NCBI GenBank assembly: GCA_046296715.1
Contig: JBKBIN010000006.1
Span: 1-64,000 of the forward strand
DNA from: Candidatus Ratteibacteria bacterium
GTDB lineage: Bacteria > Ratteibacteria > UBA8468 > B48-G9 > JAFGKM01
DNA: 64,000 nucleotides
Direction of reading: 5' to 3'
Shown here one piece after another: positions 60,425 to 64,000 of this stretch. Both the position numbers and the translations under genes were made by a program. Each line of letters opens with the position of its first letter. Position 1 is the first letter of the stretch. Below the pieces are notes generated by a model. That model was not told the origin of the DNA, ran no database searches, and worked only from the letters and a program-made list of their open reading frames with translations.

Positions 60425-61328
60425 TTTTAAACTCCTCATACAATTTTTTTATCTCTTCCTTTTCATCCTTTGATAATGGTAAAAGTGGCTCCCTAACAAG
60501 TGAATTTTTAAAAATCTTCATACAAACAAGAAACTCTTTAATCCTGGCTCTATAATCCCTTACCGGTTTTTTAAAACAATAATTACAAATTTTCTCAATC
60601 TTTTTAAATAAATTTAGACCTTCATCAAATTTTTTCTCTTTTATTTTTTTTATTACATCAACCTGAATATCTGTAAAAATAGAACCAAATCCAATTAAAG
60701 CACCATCTGCACCAAGTAAAAATGATTCTGGGATAAAATTATCATTACCAGTTAAAATTTCAATTCTTTTAGGTAAGGTATTCAAAAAATCAATTGTCTC
60801 TTTAAATTTTAAGGCATCAAATGTTGCTTCTTTTATTGCTACAACATTTTCAATTTCTACAAGTTCTTTCAATGTCTCAAATTGATAAAAAGTTCCACCA
60901 AGTGTTTCCTGTAGTTGAAATATAATCATCCCAATTCCAATTTTTGATATTTCCTGATGATATTTAATTATAACTTTATCTTTTGTAGGACCACCTTTAA
61001 AAGTTAGATGAGGAAATACTAAAAAATAATCAACTCCAAGATCCTTGAATTCCTTTCCTATTTCAATAACATCTTTTGTTGTCTGTCCACCAAGTCCAGT
61101 TATAAGTGGTATTTTATTTTTAACAATTTCTTTTATAATCTTTATATTCTTTTTTCTTTCTTCATGACTTAAAAAATGGCCTTCTCCTGCATCACTGTTT
61201 ATAACTATACCTTTAATATCAAATTGAATTATCCATTCAACATACTTTCTCAAAGTAATTTCATCAACATTAAAATTTTCTTGATAAGGTATAACAATTG
61301 CTGGAAGTAAACCACTTAATTTTTTCAT
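60414..61328 (-). CDS. Dihydrodipicolinate synthase (DapA/NanA)-family aldolase
   Basis: GLLPAIVIP, AGEG..LS.EER, VAIKEA (Schiff-base Lys), TGND and GADGAL motifs. Confidence 0.87.
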   Translation of the reverse strand: MKKLSGLLPAIVIPYQENFNVDEITLRKYVEWIIQFDIKGIVINSDAGEGHFLSHEERKKNIKIIKEIVKNKIPLITGLGGQTTKDVIEIGKEFKDLGVDYFLVFPHLTFKGGPTKDKVIIKYHQEISKIGIGMIIFQLQETLGGTFYQFETLKELVEIENVVAIKEATFDALKFKETIDFLNTLPKRIEILTGNDNFIPESFLLGADGALIGFGSIFTDIQVDVIKKIKEKKFDEGLNLFKKIEKICNYCFKKPVRDYRARIKEFLVCMKIFKNSLVREPLLPLSKDEKEEIKKLYEEFKNEN

Positions 61329-61375
61329 ATTAACGCCTCCTTTTTAATTTCAAAATTATACCATAATTTAGAATT

Positions 61376-63898
61376 TTAGTTTGAAAAATAAATTTCACAT
61401 CTTTGATTTTCACTTAAAATTTTAAGATTATCAAAAGAGATCTGGACTAAATCTTTATCAGTTGTAAAATCAATTTTTTGTATTTTTCCATTTATCCTAA
61501 CATTAATCTTCTTTTTCCCTTTATTTCTATTCTTAAAAATTACTTTTTGAAACTCAATAAATCCTTTTAAAATTTTTATTTCAAAAATTTCCTTTTTTTT
61601 CTTTTCTAACCATTTAAAATAACCCCAGCCAGTTCCAGATGAAAAGAAAAGATTTAAATTATTTGAAATAGAAACAGGAGAAAAATGGATTTCTTTTTTA
61701 ACATTATCAACAAAAAAACCACCTATGGATAAAATTAAACCAAAAGCTGAGAACCCTCTACCATAATGATATCCACACTCAATATGACAGAATGGATTCC
61801 TTTTTTCGCCATCATATCTATCATCCATTGCATCAACAATTTCTTTTGCTTTCTTAAACTCTCCTCTTTTAATTAACAAAGAAGATATAACAAATTCTTC
61901 TCCTGTCCAGACTTCATCACAATATGGCATAGGAATTTCTGGTCTATCATTTTTAGGAAAGGAACATACAACAATTCCTTTTTCGTCTCCAAGTCCATAT
62001 ATTCTCATAAAATTTATATGATCCGAAAAACTTTTGAAATTATATTTTACAATTGAATTTAAAGTTTTTTTGATGTATTTTTCTTCAACAATTGAACCAA
62101 GATTTAATAAATCTGCAAAAAACTGGCCAAGTAATTGAGAAGAAAGACAACCATTTAAAAATTGATATTTTGGAATTGGTTTTACACTACAATTTTGAAT
62201 AAAATACTCTCCATTCCATAATTTTTCTATTATTTTTTTTCTACCCTTTTTATAAATCTCTTCACATTTATTTTTAAAAGAAATATCTCCAACAAATTCT
62301 GAAATTTCTGACATAGATTTTAGTGCGGCAAGATAAATAAAAGAAGTAAATGGATTTTCACCATAGAATTCAACATCATAGGTATTATGCTGCTGCCCTT
62401 CCATTAAACCATCTTTATTTTTATCCCAGTTTTTCCAAGAAAATTCAACTGTTTTTCTTAATTTATCATAAATTTTTTTTATAAATTCATTATCACCTGT
62501 AATTTTCCATTCTCTATAAATTTTTAAAATTGTTCCCATCTGTCCATCTGCTGCTGGTTTGAACTGCCATAACTTTATACCAAGCGGTATATTTGTTCTA
62601 AAAGCCATATATCCATTTTCATCTGTATTATACAGGTAATCAATCTCTCTTTGCTTTTTCATAAAATCAGGGAATAGATAAGAGATAGTAAAATCATAAT
62701 TATATACATGAGTACAATTTAAAGGACAGCAACCATTATTATCAGAACACCCTTCAAAAGCATAAAAATTTCCATCCTCTGTAATGAAAAATGTGTTGCT
62801 TCTTAAAGAATTTAATTGTGAACTTATAGTTGTCAAAAAACTTTTTGGTAAACTTTGAGAAAAAAAACTATCAGCAAATTTTCTGCTTTCTTCCTCTAAA
62901 TATTTTTTGTTCTCAACATAATAATTAATGACTTCAATTGAATTAGAAAATTTTTTTGAGTACCAATTTTTCAAAATTTTATTTTTCACTACTTCATCTA
63001 AACCCCAATAATTTACCCTATTTGGAAAATACCATGAAAGATAAAAATTTATTATTTTTTCTTCTTTAACTTTTAATTTTTCCTTTACACCAAGTGTTCC
63101 CCAGTAAGTTATACCATCTGGACTTTCTTTACTTTCAACAATTTCAAATTCACTATTTTTAAACTCTCTCCAGAAATTTTCATAATCATTCCACCAACCA
63201 CTTTTTTCCCACTGACTTTTATAAGAAACATTTTCTGATTCAGTAAATAGAGAAATATTTCCATATCTTGGACTTTCTTTTTCATATTTATTTGATGTTA
63301 GGTAAAGTCCTTTAATCTTGCCAATTTCTTTATAAATATTAATATTCTTTCCAAAGCATATATTTGAAGGTAAGTTTAAATTTTCAGTTCCATCTGTTCC
63401 AACAGGATTCATAAGAGAAAAAGCAAGAAAAATATCAATTTCATCTTTTGTTATGTTTTTTACTCTATAACTAAAAATTGCTATTGATAAGGATGAGTTT
63501 TCATAATCAAGAGGAATAAAAGGAGTAAAAGATTCTAATGTAATTTCAATAGGAATTTCTTTATCTTTAAATTTTATAATTGCAAAAGGGAAATAATTTA
63601 TAAATTCAACTTCTTCAAAATGAGGACATCCATCCATATTTAGATTCTGATAACCATAAGGACCTTCATAAGGAGAAAATGGCTTTCCAGCAACTATTCT
63701 ATATTTTTTTTCATTTTTATTTTTAACCAAAATAGAAACAAAATTACCATACATCCTTTTCCCTTTTCCTGGTCTATTAAATATCTCCCAGTCAGTTAAA
63801 GACCCTCTTCCTTCTATTGAAATATTTCCTGTTCCAATCCCACCAAGTAGAAATTTTATTTGTCTCAATTTATTATCATTATATTTAATCCCTCTCAT
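61376..63898 (-). CDS. GH116 (non-lysosomal glucosylceramidase-like) beta-glycosidase
   Basis: LGGIGTG, WEIFN, FEGC..GCC..NCTHVYNY, AADGQMG, QHNTYD, EVWTG.E and HIECG.HY motifs. Confidence 0.88.
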   Translation of the reverse strand: MRGIKYNDNKLRQIKFLLGGIGTGNISIEGRGSLTDWEIFNRPGKGKRMYGNFVSILVKNKNEKKYRIVAGKPFSPYEGPYGYQNLNMDGCPHFEEVEFINYFPFAIIKFKDKEIPIEITLESFTPFIPLDYENSSLSIAIFSYRVKNITKDEIDIFLAFSLMNPVGTDGTENLNLPSNICFGKNINIYKEIGKIKGLYLTSNKYEKESPRYGNISLFTESENVSYKSQWEKSGWWNDYENFWREFKNSEFEIVESKESPDGITYWGTLGVKEKLKVKEEKIINFYLSWYFPNRVNYWGLDEVVKNKILKNWYSKKFSNSIEVINYYVENKKYLEEESRKFADSFFSQSLPKSFLTTISSQLNSLRSNTFFITEDGNFYAFEGCSDNNGCCPLNCTHVYNYDFTISYLFPDFMKKQREIDYLYNTDENGYMAFRTNIPLGIKLWQFKPAADGQMGTILKIYREWKITGDNEFIKKIYDKLRKTVEFSWKNWDKNKDGLMEGQQHNTYDVEFYGENPFTSFIYLAALKSMSEISEFVGDISFKNKCEEIYKKGRKKIIEKLWNGEYFIQNCSVKPIPKYQFLNGCLSSQLLGQFFADLLNLGSIVEEKYIKKTLNSIVKYNFKSFSDHINFMRIYGLGDEKGIVVCSFPKNDRPEIPMPYCDEVWTGEEFVISSLLIKRGEFKKAKEIVDAMDDRYDGEKRNPFCHIECGYHYGRGFSAFGLILSIGGFFVDNVKKEIHFSPVSISNNLNLFFSSGTGWGYFKWLEKKKKEIFEIKILKGFIEFQKVIFKNRNKGKKKINVRINGKIQKIDFTTDKDLVQISFDNLKILSENQRCEIYFSN

Positions 63899-64000
63899 TT
63901 TTGCTCCTTTTTCAATATAATTCTATTGAGAAACCTATATGAAAAAAAGTATAAAATCAAACCACAAATAATTGATAAGAATAGAAAGATAAATAATTTT
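63895..64000 (-). CDS. 3' end of a membrane-protein gene entering from the right edge
   Basis: Open frame KLFIFLFLSIICGLILYFFSYRFLNRIILKKEQK* whose TGA overlaps the GH116 ATG (ATGA). Confidence 0.55.
   Translation of the reverse strand, partial: KLFIFLFLSIICGLILYFFSYRFLNRIILKKEQK

Overview
A gene-dense, strongly AT-rich bacterial chromosome segment with Lys/Glu-rich proteins and an anaerobe-type gene set; the taxon cannot be fixed from the sequence. Housekeeping genes present: leuS, nfo, purM, purN, plsY-gpsA, dnaK, argG, thiL, leuA/C/D/B, V-type ATPase B and D, tRNA-Val(TAC) and tRNA-Arg(CCG). These are interspersed with sugar-catabolism genes (Gfo/Idh/MocA oxidoreductases, TIM-barrel epimerases, a fucose/arabinose isomerase, GH116) and corrinoid/URO-D-like methyltransferase components. 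The centrepiece (27.5-41.9 kb, minus strand) is a 16-gene group-4 [NiFe]-hydrogenase-Mrp antiporter operon headed by an AsrA/AsrB-like NAD(P)H module. It is driven by a tandemly duplicated promoter with two perfect Rex-type operators and is interrupted by an amidase + TolB-like cassette. Other notable signals: a small secreted-protein gene bracketed by a perfect 20-bp inverted repeat with a 3' anti-Shine-Dalgarno (58.9-59.4 kb), an orphan DnaK with archaeal-like signatures, several apparently leaderless genes, and four disrupted genes. No CRISPR array, transposase, integrase or rRNA was found. Product calls come from recognising motifs by eye, not from database searches.
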